A stretch of DNA of 64,000 bases from Desulfobacterales bacterium CG2_30_60_27 (GTDB lineage: Bacteria > Desulfobacterota > Desulfobulbia > Desulfobulbales > CG2-30-60-27). This document shows, piece by piece, positions 33,149-41,041 of the stretch. The notes under the pieces were generated by a model. That model was not told where the DNA came from. It saw only the letters and a list, made by a program, of their open reading frames with translations, and ran no database searches. Each line of letters opens with the position of its first letter. The stretch's first letter is position 1. The translations under genes were made by a program, and so were the position numbers. The stretch covers positions 23,118-87,117 of the forward strand of contig MNYK01000110.1 of NCBI GenBank assembly GCA_001873115.1, read 5' to 3'.

Positions 33149-36100
33149 TCAGGCCTTGACCAGGTTGACCCTGGTCTCGTTGAACGAGGCGCTACCACCG
33201 ATCGGGTCGGTCATGCAGGAATTTTTGAGCACCGGGTCGATCTTCATGGCCGCGTTCGGGCAGAGACCGGCGGTGCGTCGTTTGTCACCCTTGACCGTCT
33301 TACCGTCGATGGTGGCGTCGGAGGCGCCGTAGCCCCAGTGGCCGAACGACCAGGAGACCGCGATCGTCTTCGGCCTCATCCCTTCCACCGCCTTGATCTT
33401 GCCGACCATGTCCACCCCTGGCCGGTTGGGCAAATGCCATTTGCCGTCCGGACTGGACTTGGAGACGAGCCGCGCCTTGTCACCGTCCTTGAAACCCATC
33501 GACCCGGCGGTGGCGGCATTGATCAGAATGAAATTCTCCGGCAGGATGGAGCTGAGCCAATAGTTGCCGGGGAGGGTGCGGGACTGGCCGCCCAGGATTT
33601 CCTTATAGGTAATAAGCTGCAAAGGCAGATCGCTATCCACCGCCGGATTACCAGCGGCATCCGTCGGCGTTTTGTAGGTGGCGCTACCGGAGAACCGTTT
33701 GCCGGTGAACGAATGCTTGGCCTTGGCCACGGTCTCGGCGTAAAGATTCAACTGTTTGCCGTATTTCTTTCCTAGCATGCCATCACCGCTTACCACCGCC
33801 GGGTCCCAATTTTTCCACCTGCCGCCCCGGTTGAGAACGGTAACGGTCTTTTTCCACTTGTCTGAGCCCACGGCCTTTTCCCAGCGGTCCGCGGAGAAGA
33901 TCGTGGGCTGCAGGTGCTGGCGGGCCTCGTTGAAGAGCTTCAGCTCGTTAAAGGAGGCATCGGGCACCGCGTCCCCGTCCTTGTCACCCACGGCCATGTT
34001 GGCGGCGAGCTTCAGATACCAGTCTTCCTGCCGGTTCAGATCCCAGCCGGTGCTGAAGCCGTCCTTGCCAAAGCCGGGTATATGCAACTGCTCGGCAATG
34101 GCCAGGGCCACCGTCTCGAAGGAACTGTGCATCTTTTCGCCGTACACGGTCACCACCTCGGTCAGCGGGGTGATGGTCGGTTGCCGGAATTTGGAGACCG
34201 GATAAGGTACGTCAGGAGAGGCGTGGGGAGTGGCAAAACGCTCCCAGATGGCGGCGTCGGGAAAGATATAGTCGGCATACATACTGGTCTCGCCGATGAC
34301 GATGTCCGTCGAGAAAAAGAGCGGGATCTTCGCGGTATCGGCCAGGATCGCCAGCGCCGTCTGTCCTGCCGGGGCCGCGAATCCCGGGCTGCCCATATGC
34401 AGCCAGACGGCCTTTGCCGTGTACGGATAGCCGTCGGCCGCCGAGGGCAGGGCCTCTTGATAGATATTGCTGGTGAACGGGAACCACGGGCGCTTGGCGG
34501 GATAACCGGTAAACAGGGTCGATTTTTCGTAGGTCGAGCCCTCGCGGGTGATCTTGTGGCCAAAGGGGGTCAGTTTGCCCGGCTGCATCTTGTTGACGTT
34601 GAACTGGGCCTCGGCCTTGTCGCCGAACTCGTGCCAGTGACCGCCGCCGACAGACATGCCGCCCTTGTGATCGGTATTACCGATGAGGATGTTCAGGGCG
34701 ATAAGCGCCTGGGCATTGTAGTAGCCGCTGGTATGCTTCACTGGGCCGCGGTAAAACTCGACCCCGGCCTTCTTGCCATGGGAGGTGAACTCCTTGGCTA
34801 CCAACTCGATGTCGGCGGTTGGTATGCCACAGATCTCCGACCACTGGTCGATGGTCTTAACCAAGGCCTCTTCCTTCAAGATGGTGAAGGCGGTCTTGAC
34901 CTTGACACCATTGATCTCGCCGCTAAAATCGAGGTCGCCAACCACGGCGTTCTTGTCGTCATCAGTCTTGACCGCCACCGGCTTGCCGCCTTGGACGACG
35001 ACGAAGCTGTCCTTGTCGCCTGCCCCGAGCTCTTCGGCCCGCGCCAGGGCACCGGGGCCGTCTTTTTCGATCTTCACCAAATGGGTGGCGTCAGACCAGG
35101 TGGTTTCGCCGGCTGCCTTGGCAGCGGCCAGGTTGGCGGCGGTCAGATATTTTTCGTCATAGCGTTTGTTGCCGATCATCCACTGGATCATGGCCAGGGC
35201 CAGGGCGGCATCGGTGGATGGTTTTACCGGCAACCATTTCCAGGCCCGGGAGGCGGACTTGCTCATCCGCGGGTCGACGACGATGACCTTGAGCCGGCCG
35301 GCAACCAGCCCATCGGTCACCTTGGGACACATGGCCGGCGGCCCGAAGTTGGCCTCGATGAAACCGGTCCCGAAATAGATGATGCACTCGGCGTTGAAGG
35401 AATCCGGCTTCATATGGGTGATGCCGGCCGACCACTTGCCTTCCTTGTACTGGTTGGTGGCCTCCTTGTAGGCGATATGGTGGGATTGCTCGCAAATGCT
35501 GGTGTGTTCGATAATATTGTTGGAGCCGAACCCACCGTGCATGAAGCGCTTGCCGAACTCGATCCGGCCATGCTCGATCCGGCCCCACATGCCGACGAAC
35601 TGGTTGTTTTTCGGGCCCAGGTCCGGGTGCTCCGGATCGATCAGTTTGTCGAGGTGGGCGCTATATTTACCCTTGAAGTCCGCCACCTTCATCTTGCCGG
35701 CGGCAACCTCCTTGACATCGGCTTCCATGGCGGCGGAGAGTTTGGCGTCGTTCATGGCGTACAGTTCTTTCAAGCCGGGCACCCGACGGTTTTCCCCTAT
35801 ACCCTTGAACAGCTCGCCGCCGTTCACGATCTCCGAGATCGCCTTGTCGAAGGCGACGATCTCCCACCGGTTGGAGCCGCGGGGGCCTTTGCGTTTAAGA
35901 ACCTTCACCACCCGATAGGGGTCGTAAAGACTCTGGATGCCGGCCTGGCCCTTGGGGCAGAGCCCGGCGTCGATCTTCGCCGCCTTGGCCGGGGCCGTAT
36001 CGTAGTTGAGATTGGGGATCAGGTTTTCGCTGAACGGATTGCCATCGATCTTGACCGCGACGCCGTTTAGAATCTTGACCTTGATCGGGCAGGCGGTATG

Positions 36101-36340
36101 GCATTGCAAACAGGCCGAGTAGATGACGCTGGTCGCCTTGGCCAGGGGATAATCGCCGGCCCCGGCCACGCCCGATTCCATGGCGTGGAGAAGATTATAA
36201 GCGCCGTCGATCTGGTTCATCAGCACCGCGCAACCGCCAAGCAGGGCGGATGATTTAAGGACGGTCCGGCGCGAGATCTTCATCTGGGAACATGCAGCCA
36301 CGCAGTCGTCTGCCTGGCATGTTTTTTTGGTATCAGTCAT
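33149..36340 (-). CDS. Tat-exported molybdopterin oxidoreductase catalytic subunit, ~1060 aa (TtrA-size; substrate unknown)
   Basis: ORF 33149..36610, trimmed to MTDTKK (ATG 36340, AGGAGGAGG RBS, 17 nt after the B-subunit stop). Twin-arginine SRRTVLK. N-terminal FS0 motif CLQCHTAC...C. MopB domains throughout. Confidence 0.85.
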   Translation of the reverse strand: MTDTKKTCQADDCVAACSQMKISRRTVLKSSALLGGCAVLMNQIDGAYNLLHAMESGVAGAGDYPLAKATSVIYSACLQCHTACPIKVKILNGVAVKIDGNPFSENLIPNLNYDTAPAKAAKIDAGLCPKGQAGIQSLYDPYRVVKVLKRKGPRGSNRWEIVAFDKAISEIVNGGELFKGIGENRRVPGLKELYAMNDAKLSAAMEADVKEVAAGKMKVADFKGKYSAHLDKLIDPEHPDLGPKNNQFVGMWGRIEHGRIEFGKRFMHGGFGSNNIIEHTSICEQSHHIAYKEATNQYKEGKWSAGITHMKPDSFNAECIIYFGTGFIEANFGPPAMCPKVTDGLVAGRLKVIVVDPRMSKSASRAWKWLPVKPSTDAALALAMIQWMIGNKRYDEKYLTAANLAAAKAAGETTWSDATHLVKIEKDGPGALARAEELGAGDKDSFVVVQGGKPVAVKTDDDKNAVVGDLDFSGEINGVKVKTAFTILKEEALVKTIDQWSEICGIPTADIELVAKEFTSHGKKAGVEFYRGPVKHTSGYYNAQALIALNILIGNTDHKGGMSVGGGHWHEFGDKAEAQFNVNKMQPGKLTPFGHKITREGSTYEKSTLFTGYPAKRPWFPFTSNIYQEALPSAADGYPYTAKAVWLHMGSPGFAAPAGQTALAILADTAKIPLFFSTDIVIGETSMYADYIFPDAAIWERFATPHASPDVPYPVSKFRQPTITPLTEVVTVYGEKMHSSFETVALAIAEQLHIPGFGKDGFSTGWDLNRQEDWYLKLAANMAVGDKDGDAVPDASFNELKLFNEARQHLQPTIFSADRWEKAVGSDKWKKTVTVLNRGGRWKNWDPAVVSGDGMLGKKYGKQLNLYAETVAKAKHSFTGKRFSGSATYKTPTDAAGNPAVDSDLPLQLITYKEILGGQSRTLPGNYWLSSILPENFILINAATAGSMGFKDGDKARLVSKSSPDGKWHLPNRPGVDMVGKIKAVEGMRPKTIAVSWSFGHWGYGASDATIDGKTVKGDKRRTAGLCPNAAMKIDPVLKNSCMTDPIGGSASFNETRVNLVKA

Positions 36341-36357
36341 TGCCTGCCTCCTCCTTG

Positions 36358-37140
36358 TTATTGATGGCATTCTGTGCAGGTGATCGGCGTGCCGACCGCG
36401 ATATTCTTCCGATCCTCGAAGCCGATGTAATGGATACGGGGGTTGGTGCCAAGCTCGCTCTTGACCTGCCAGGTTTTCTCGTTCTTCAACAGTTCGGAGA
36501 CGAGGCTTGTCGGGTCGTTTTGGTCGCCGAAGTACATGGCCCGACCGATACAGGTGGAGACGCAAGCGGGGAGCATACCGCTCTCCAGACGATGACCACA
36601 GAAAGTGCATTTACGGATTGTGCCGGTCAGGCCGCCGCTGCCGCGGCTCAAGGTTCGGCCGTTTTCAAAGAAATTCCGCAATTCATAGGGTTCCATGACC
36701 GGGGTGTTATCAGTATAAAACCCCCCCTTGTCCTCGACGATGGCATAGTAAGGGCATGCCTTCTTGGCCGCGTCGCCCGCCTTTTTGTTCTTGGCCAGTT
36801 TGGCGTAGTCGAATTCAACGATGCCGTCCCCGCGTTTGATGATGGCGTCCTTGGTCACCGCGTTGGCGGCCTTCTGGCAGGGCGGCTTGTCGCAATGCTG
36901 GCAGTTGGCCGGCATGAAGAACCGGTTCAGGTCAGGGAAACTGTTGTGTTCGGTCTCGAACACCTTGCGGTACGAGGTGCCAGGCGGACAGACATTCTCC
37001 GCCATGCAGGAAACCGCGCAGGCGTGATCCCCCACGCATTTGCGGGTATCGATGACCATTATCCAGGATCTCTGCTCCAGGGGCTTGGCCAGGGCCCGTT
37101 CCAGGTCCTCGTGCATCCTGACAATCTCGTTTATTGCCAT
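36358..37140 (-). CDS. Fe-S electron-transfer subunit (DmsB/PsrB/TtrB family) with only three predicted clusters
   Basis: ORF 36358..37197, trimmed to MAINEIV (ATG 37140, AAAGGAGGAAGG RBS). Cys groups: CVGDHACAVSC, CQHCDKPPCQKAA, ...ACPYYA, CTFCGH..ACVSTC. Confidence 0.85.
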   Translation of the reverse strand: MAINEIVRMHEDLERALAKPLEQRSWIMVIDTRKCVGDHACAVSCMAENVCPPGTSYRKVFETEHNSFPDLNRFFMPANCQHCDKPPCQKAANAVTKDAIIKRGDGIVEFDYAKLAKNKKAGDAAKKACPYYAIVEDKGGFYTDNTPVMEPYELRNFFENGRTLSRGSGGLTGTIRKCTFCGHRLESGMLPACVSTCIGRAMYFGDQNDPTSLVSELLKNEKTWQVKSELGTNPRIHYIGFEDRKNIAVGTPITCTECHQ

Positions 37141-37324
37141 ACCTTCCTCCTTTGACCTTGATGGCCTGTTGCTCGAATCCAACATCTTGACCTTCACGGA
37201 ATTTCCTGTTTCGATCAGGTTTACCAGCCTGGCAATCTCCGGAAAGCATAGCAGGTCACCCCGGAGAAAAAGTTAGACTCTGCTGCCAGAGGCGCAGGCA
37301 TGAAACCATAACCTTACATATTTT

Positions 37325-37499
37325 GTAACTATCCAGCTTGTGTCGGCAGTCAAGCGTTCCCGGCCTGAAAATACTTTTCGCTCATTCTCGGCGGGCGTCC
37401 GCGCCCTCCCGCGCATCCTGCGCCCGGTCGCGGACGAACCCGCGAAAAGCATTTCCAGTCCGGGAACTCACCTGGGTTGCGGTTCTGCTGGATAGTTAC
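37325..37499. mobile_element. Family-A MITE, 175-bp long form
   Basis: Both TIRs are present. Flanking 8-mers are CATATTTT and CATCTTTT (7/8). It sits between the RR gene and the oxidoreductase operon. Confidence 0.85.
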
Positions 37500-37614
37500 C
37501 ATCTTTTTAATCTTAGGCATTAGACTTGAAGAATTGAAAGAAAAAAATCAGGAAAGATGTGACTTCTTGTCAGTGAAAACTGGAGGGGGCAGAGAAGATT
37601 TGCAGGGTAATTCC

Positions 37615-38310
37615 CTACCGCACGGCTCCGACCGGCCTTGCTTTTGAGAAAAGGCCAAGGCGCAGGGTCAATTCCACCAACTCCGCCTTGGTGTCCAGCC
37701 CAAGCTTGATCATGGCCCGCGAGCGATAGGTAGCAACGGTCTTTTCACTCAGGTATTCCTGTAGGGCAATCTCCTTGCTGGTGTGTCCCTGGGCCACCGC
37801 CAGCATCACCTGGCGCTCGCGCGGGCTCAGGGCGGCCCACAACACGCTGTCTTTATCCTCTATCACCGAGGCCGTCGTTGTCGCCGTCTGCCCTGCGAGG
37901 TACTGCTGCACCATGAACGGCTGAATGAAAATCTCACCCCGCATGACTGAACGGATGGCATAGAGAAGATCCACATCCAGCCCCTTTTTGAGGACAAAGC
38001 CGGCAGCGCCCCGTGCCATGGCCAACTGCAGGTATTGCTGGTCTTCGTGCATGGTGAGCATCATGATCCGCGAAGCCGGCGACCGCTCTTGCAAGGCCGG
38101 CAGGAGATCCAGGCCACTGGTGTCACCAAGGGCGATATCCAAAAGAATCACGTCGGGTCGCAATTGCCCGGCCAGGGCGACGGCCTCTCCAGCGCGGGAT
38201 GTGCGGCCCACTACCCGCATGTCTGCTTCCGCATCGAGCAGCATGCACAACCCGGCAAGCAGGAGGGCATGGTCGTCCACCACCATGACCGAAACTTTCT
38301 TTGTGCTCAT
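37615..38310 (-). CDS. NarL/LuxR-family response regulator
   Basis: REC (VMVVDDH...DVILLDIALGD) plus a C-terminal LuxR HTH (LSPRERQVMLAVAQGHTSKEIALQEYLSEKTVATYRSR). 4-nt overlap with the HK gene. Confidence 0.9.
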   Translation of the reverse strand: MSTKKVSVMVVDDHALLLAGLCMLLDAEADMRVVGRTSRAGEAVALAGQLRPDVILLDIALGDTSGLDLLPALQERSPASRIMMLTMHEDQQYLQLAMARGAAGFVLKKGLDVDLLYAIRSVMRGEIFIQPFMVQQYLAGQTATTTASVIEDKDSVLWAALSPRERQVMLAVAQGHTSKEIALQEYLSEKTVATYRSRAMIKLGLDTKAELVELTLRLGLFSKARPVGAVR

Positions 38311-39800
38311 TGGGCTTTTTTCCTCACGGCCGGGACTTCAAAAATCACCATGGTGCCTTCGCCAGGAGCGGACTGCATGCTGAAACTGCCGCCGAGCAAC
38401 AGGGAGCGCTCTTCCATGCCGTAAAGCCCCAAGCCAGCGGCATGCGAACAACAGGCGTCAAAGCCGATCCCGTCGTCTTCCACCACCCCGCGCAAGCGGT
38501 CACCACGCCACTCCAGGATGACCTTGACCTCGAGAGCCATGGCGTGCTTGACCGCATTGGTCAAGGCCTCTTGAATAATTCTGTAGACGCAGGTTTCCAC
38601 CGCCACATCGGGCCGCTGCCCCTCGAACCCCAAGTTTACCATAGTGGCATTAATTTTAAATTTATTTCTAAAATCACCAAGATACCGGTCGAGAGCCGCC
38701 AACAGGCCCATGTCGTCCAGCACACTGGGCCGCAATTCCACGGCAAGATCATGCAGCGCATCCATTTCGTCGGTGATAGCCGAACGTAACCGGGTTATCC
38801 CGGTCAGAAATTGCTCCCGATCTTCGGCCCGCTCCAAGACTTTCAACTCCAACATAAACGAGGCAAGAGCCTGGCCGCTCTGGTCATGCAATTCCCTGGC
38901 AATGCGTTTCCTCTCTCCCTCCTGGGTTGCAATAATCCGCTGCAAAAATTCCTTGCGGATGCTTTCCTTTTCATCTCTTTCGGCCTGAGCCTTCTTGAGC
39001 TGCCTGGCCATGCTGTTGAAGGCATCTATCAGTTGGCCCACTTCATCCTTGGCCGCATCCACCACCTGGATGTTGAAGTCACCCCGCCTGATGGATTGTG
39101 TGGCGGCAACCAGTTTCTTGATCGGCCGCATGATGAGCCAGGTCAGGATGCCGCTGCAGATAATGGCCAGACCAAACACGGCCATGGTGTTGGCCAGCAA
39201 GGATTGTAAAAACTCACCATTTTCCCGACGTGAAGGGGCTTCGGCCAATCCCACCCTGAGGCCGCCAGCAATGCCGGGGCCAAACGGGGCAAAGGCGTCC
39301 CATACCGCGCCTTCATTGGTAAGGAGTTTGCGCGGCGAACTCCCCCAAGGATTATCTTTGCCAGTCAACCGCAAGAGATCTCCAGGAAAGCCTCCCGTAA
39401 AGCTATGGCAGAGGACATGGCCGGCATCGTCCACGATAAAGGCATACCGCAGAGCCGGGCGGTTGTGCACGGCGTTTTTCAACAGATTGGTCAAGCCGTA
39501 AAGGTCATCGATCAACACACTTTCACGGGCGTGGGCCGAAAGTTCAACCGCGAGCAACTGGCTTTGATTTTGTAACTGAATGGCCATGGTGGCCGTAAGG
39601 TTATTGTGGACCCGGACTATGGTGAAGCCGGCAAAAATCATGATCAGGCCCACGGCCATGCCCATGATTTTCAACCGGAGCGGGACGCCCAAAAAAAACT
39701 GCGGCAGACTTTGCGCAGGAGCGCGAAGCAGGCGGCCGAGCCGCCGCAAGCCATCAACGCTCCATACCAGCATCCTTGGTGACCAGGCAGTAACTTTCAT
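38307..39800 (-). CDS. Sensor histidine kinase (2 TM + periplasmic domain, HAMP, HisKA_3, HATPase_c; NarX/TtrS-like)
   Basis: HAMP PIKKLVAATQSIRRGDF, H-box RIARELHDQSGQAL (HisKA_3 type), GLGLYGMEER. Confidence 0.85.
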   Translation of the reverse strand: MKVTAWSPRMLVWSVDGLRRLGRLLRAPAQSLPQFFLGVPLRLKIMGMAVGLIMIFAGFTIVRVHNNLTATMAIQLQNQSQLLAVELSAHARESVLIDDLYGLTNLLKNAVHNRPALRYAFIVDDAGHVLCHSFTGGFPGDLLRLTGKDNPWGSSPRKLLTNEGAVWDAFAPFGPGIAGGLRVGLAEAPSRRENGEFLQSLLANTMAVFGLAIICSGILTWLIMRPIKKLVAATQSIRRGDFNIQVVDAAKDEVGQLIDAFNSMARQLKKAQAERDEKESIRKEFLQRIIATQEGERKRIARELHDQSGQALASFMLELKVLERAEDREQFLTGITRLRSAITDEMDALHDLAVELRPSVLDDMGLLAALDRYLGDFRNKFKINATMVNLGFEGQRPDVAVETCVYRIIQEALTNAVKHAMALEVKVILEWRGDRLRGVVEDDGIGFDACCSHAAGLGLYGMEERSLLLGGSFSMQSAPGEGTMVIFEVPAVRKKAQ

Positions 39801-40699
39801 TAAGGCGCGTAGAGATTGGCTGGCGGCACCACAAAGCGGTCAATGGCCAACTTTTCAAGGGCCGCCTTGCCGGACGGAGATTCGTGGACGGCCAGAAAGA
39901 ACGCCAGCAGCTTTTCCTTTAGTTCAGGGCTGATCTGTCGAGGCACGACCACCGGCGGCATGCCAAACTCCCCGGATTCCCATATAACTCTGGTTTTTTT
40001 TCTTATCTCGCTGTCTCTCTGCCTGGCGTTTTCATAGATCAGATTATCCACCGAGGCACAATTGACCACGCCTTCCATGACTGCAGCAATGGAACGCTCG
40101 TGACTGTGGGTAAAAATGGAACTGCTGAAAAAGGTTTCCGGTTGTTCCCCTCTTCTGCTGAGTTCGCTGACCGGGCACAGGTATCCTGTGTTGGACATGG
40201 GGTCGGTGAAGGCAAAGGACTTCCCCCGCAAATCTTCCAGGCTGTTATAGTCCGATCCAGCCGGGACAATGAGGAGCGCCTTGTAGGTTGTCTTACCGTT
40301 AATTTCCGGGACCACCAGAAGCGACATAATGCCTTGCCGCTGCCCTTCCAGATAAGCCCCGGTGCAGATAAAGGCAAGGTCCACCACGCCCCGGGCGAGG
40401 AGGTCGTTGATTTCCTGATAGGTGCGGCGCTGCACAAGCTGGATGGTTCTACCCATCCGGTCGCCGAGGAGGTCGAGCAATGGCCGGTAGGATTGCACAT
40501 TGCCCTGCGGTGAAAGAATGGCGGCCACGGCCACCTTGAGCAGATTTTTTTCCGGAACCGTTTCCCTGGCGGGCAATGGGGCCAGCTTGTCCAATCTGAC
40601 CAGCGGCTCAGCCTCGGGCGACACTTTCTCCGACCGATGACAGCCGCCAGTCGACAATAACAGGAAAAGGATGGGCGCCAGGGTCAGTATGGCACGCAT
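39800..40699 (-). CDS. Periplasmic PhnD-family (phosphonate/oxyanion-type) substrate-binding lipoprotein, probable sensor partner
   Basis: ORF 39800..40798. Likely start is MRAILTLAPILFLLLSTGGC (lipobox, ATG 40699). PhnD-like core with TYQEINDLLARGVVDLAF and FAFTDPMSNTGY. Its stop overlaps the HK start. Confidence 0.8.
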   Translation of the reverse strand: MRAILTLAPILFLLLSTGGCHRSEKVSPEAEPLVRLDKLAPLPARETVPEKNLLKVAVAAILSPQGNVQSYRPLLDLLGDRMGRTIQLVQRRTYQEINDLLARGVVDLAFICTGAYLEGQRQGIMSLLVVPEINGKTTYKALLIVPAGSDYNSLEDLRGKSFAFTDPMSNTGYLCPVSELSRRGEQPETFFSSSIFTHSHERSIAAVMEGVVNCASVDNLIYENARQRDSEIRKKTRVIWESGEFGMPPVVVPRQISPELKEKLLAFFLAVHESPSGKAALEKLAIDRFVVPPANLYAP

Positions 40700-40778
40700 C
40701 GATCTCTTGGAAAAGCATGAAGTCCAAGGTGAATGCTTAAACCTCTTATTATTCATTGCAATCATACTCGAGCCTCTG

Positions 40779-40916
40779 ATGTTCCATGGACTCATCATAC
40801 GGATGTACTATGCGCCAGACCAGCACCCGCCGCCGCATTTTCATGTGTACTACCATGTATCCTGCAGTGCGCGGGTTGGGGTGAGCTTGCGAACCCCAAC
40901 ATTAAGGCATCGATAA
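40779..40916 (+). pseudogene. Truncated DUF4160-family gene remnant
   Basis: MFHGLIIRMYYAPDQHPPPHFHVYY matches the N-terminal signature of DUF4160 proteins. Only about 45 codons are present, and the reading frame ends in a GTTGGGGT...ACCCCAAC hairpin. Confidence 0.45.
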
Positions 40917-41041
40917 AAAACGAATGCCGCTATTTTACCCCAGTCACCGCCTTTTGTAAGCACAGTGTTGGGGTTCTGGACGCTTGCTTCCTGATCTCGA
41001 TTCCGTTCCCCCAATAAACAGCGGCCAGTCACCGAAAAGAC

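Noticed and set aside
33914-36070. Very long antisense ORFs. Examples: 718 aa at 33914-36070 (+), 807 aa at 60206-62629 (+), 526 aa at 18346-19926 (+) and 445 aa at 50495-51832 (-). Others are 359 aa at 25678-26757 (+), 359 aa at 5379-6458 (+), 352 aa at 57180-58238 (+) and 317 aa at 11251-12204 (-).
   Set aside because: Each lies opposite a gene with clear catalytic motifs (Mo-oxidoreductase, valS, cytochrome, purB, EBP, cfa, cimA, udg). Their translations are Gly/Arg/Ala/His/Leu/Val/Asp/Gln-rich low-complexity sequences without motifs. This is the typical stop-codon-poor shadow frame of a ~60% GC genome.
36358-36375. The C-terminal CTECH of the Fe-S subunit as a genuine covalent heme c attachment site.
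   Set aside because: Not accepted as a feature. The subunit has no Sec signal and is expected to be exported folded with its Tat partner, whereas heme c attachment normally acts on Sec-exported unfolded proteins. I kept it only as an oddity to test, in the finding on this subunit.
36341-36610. A 90-codon N-terminal extension of the molybdopterin subunit ORF (start at 36610) overlapping the Fe-S subunit gene by 250 bp.
   Set aside because: The extension is Arg/His/Pro-rich nonsense read in the alternate frame of the upstream gene. A strong AGGAGGAGG RBS and ATG at 36340 sit 17 nt after the upstream stop, and the Tat signal begins shortly after that start.
37141-37324. A possible second Moco riboswitch upstream of the oxidoreductase operon.
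   Set aside because: An AAAGGAGG RBS is present, but the CUCCGAGCC and CCGCCUCCC blocks are absent. The hairpins present do not match the Moco motif architecture.
37338-37523. Conserved ~60-aa ORFs starting MCRQSSVPGLK..., found three times (37338-37523 +, 46917-47153 +, 48725-48925 -).
   Set aside because: They are translations of the family-A MITE long form. The similarity reflects nucleotide repeat identity. The frames are not maintained after the first ~25 codons, there is no RBS, and the shorter MITE copies delete most of the supposed ORF.
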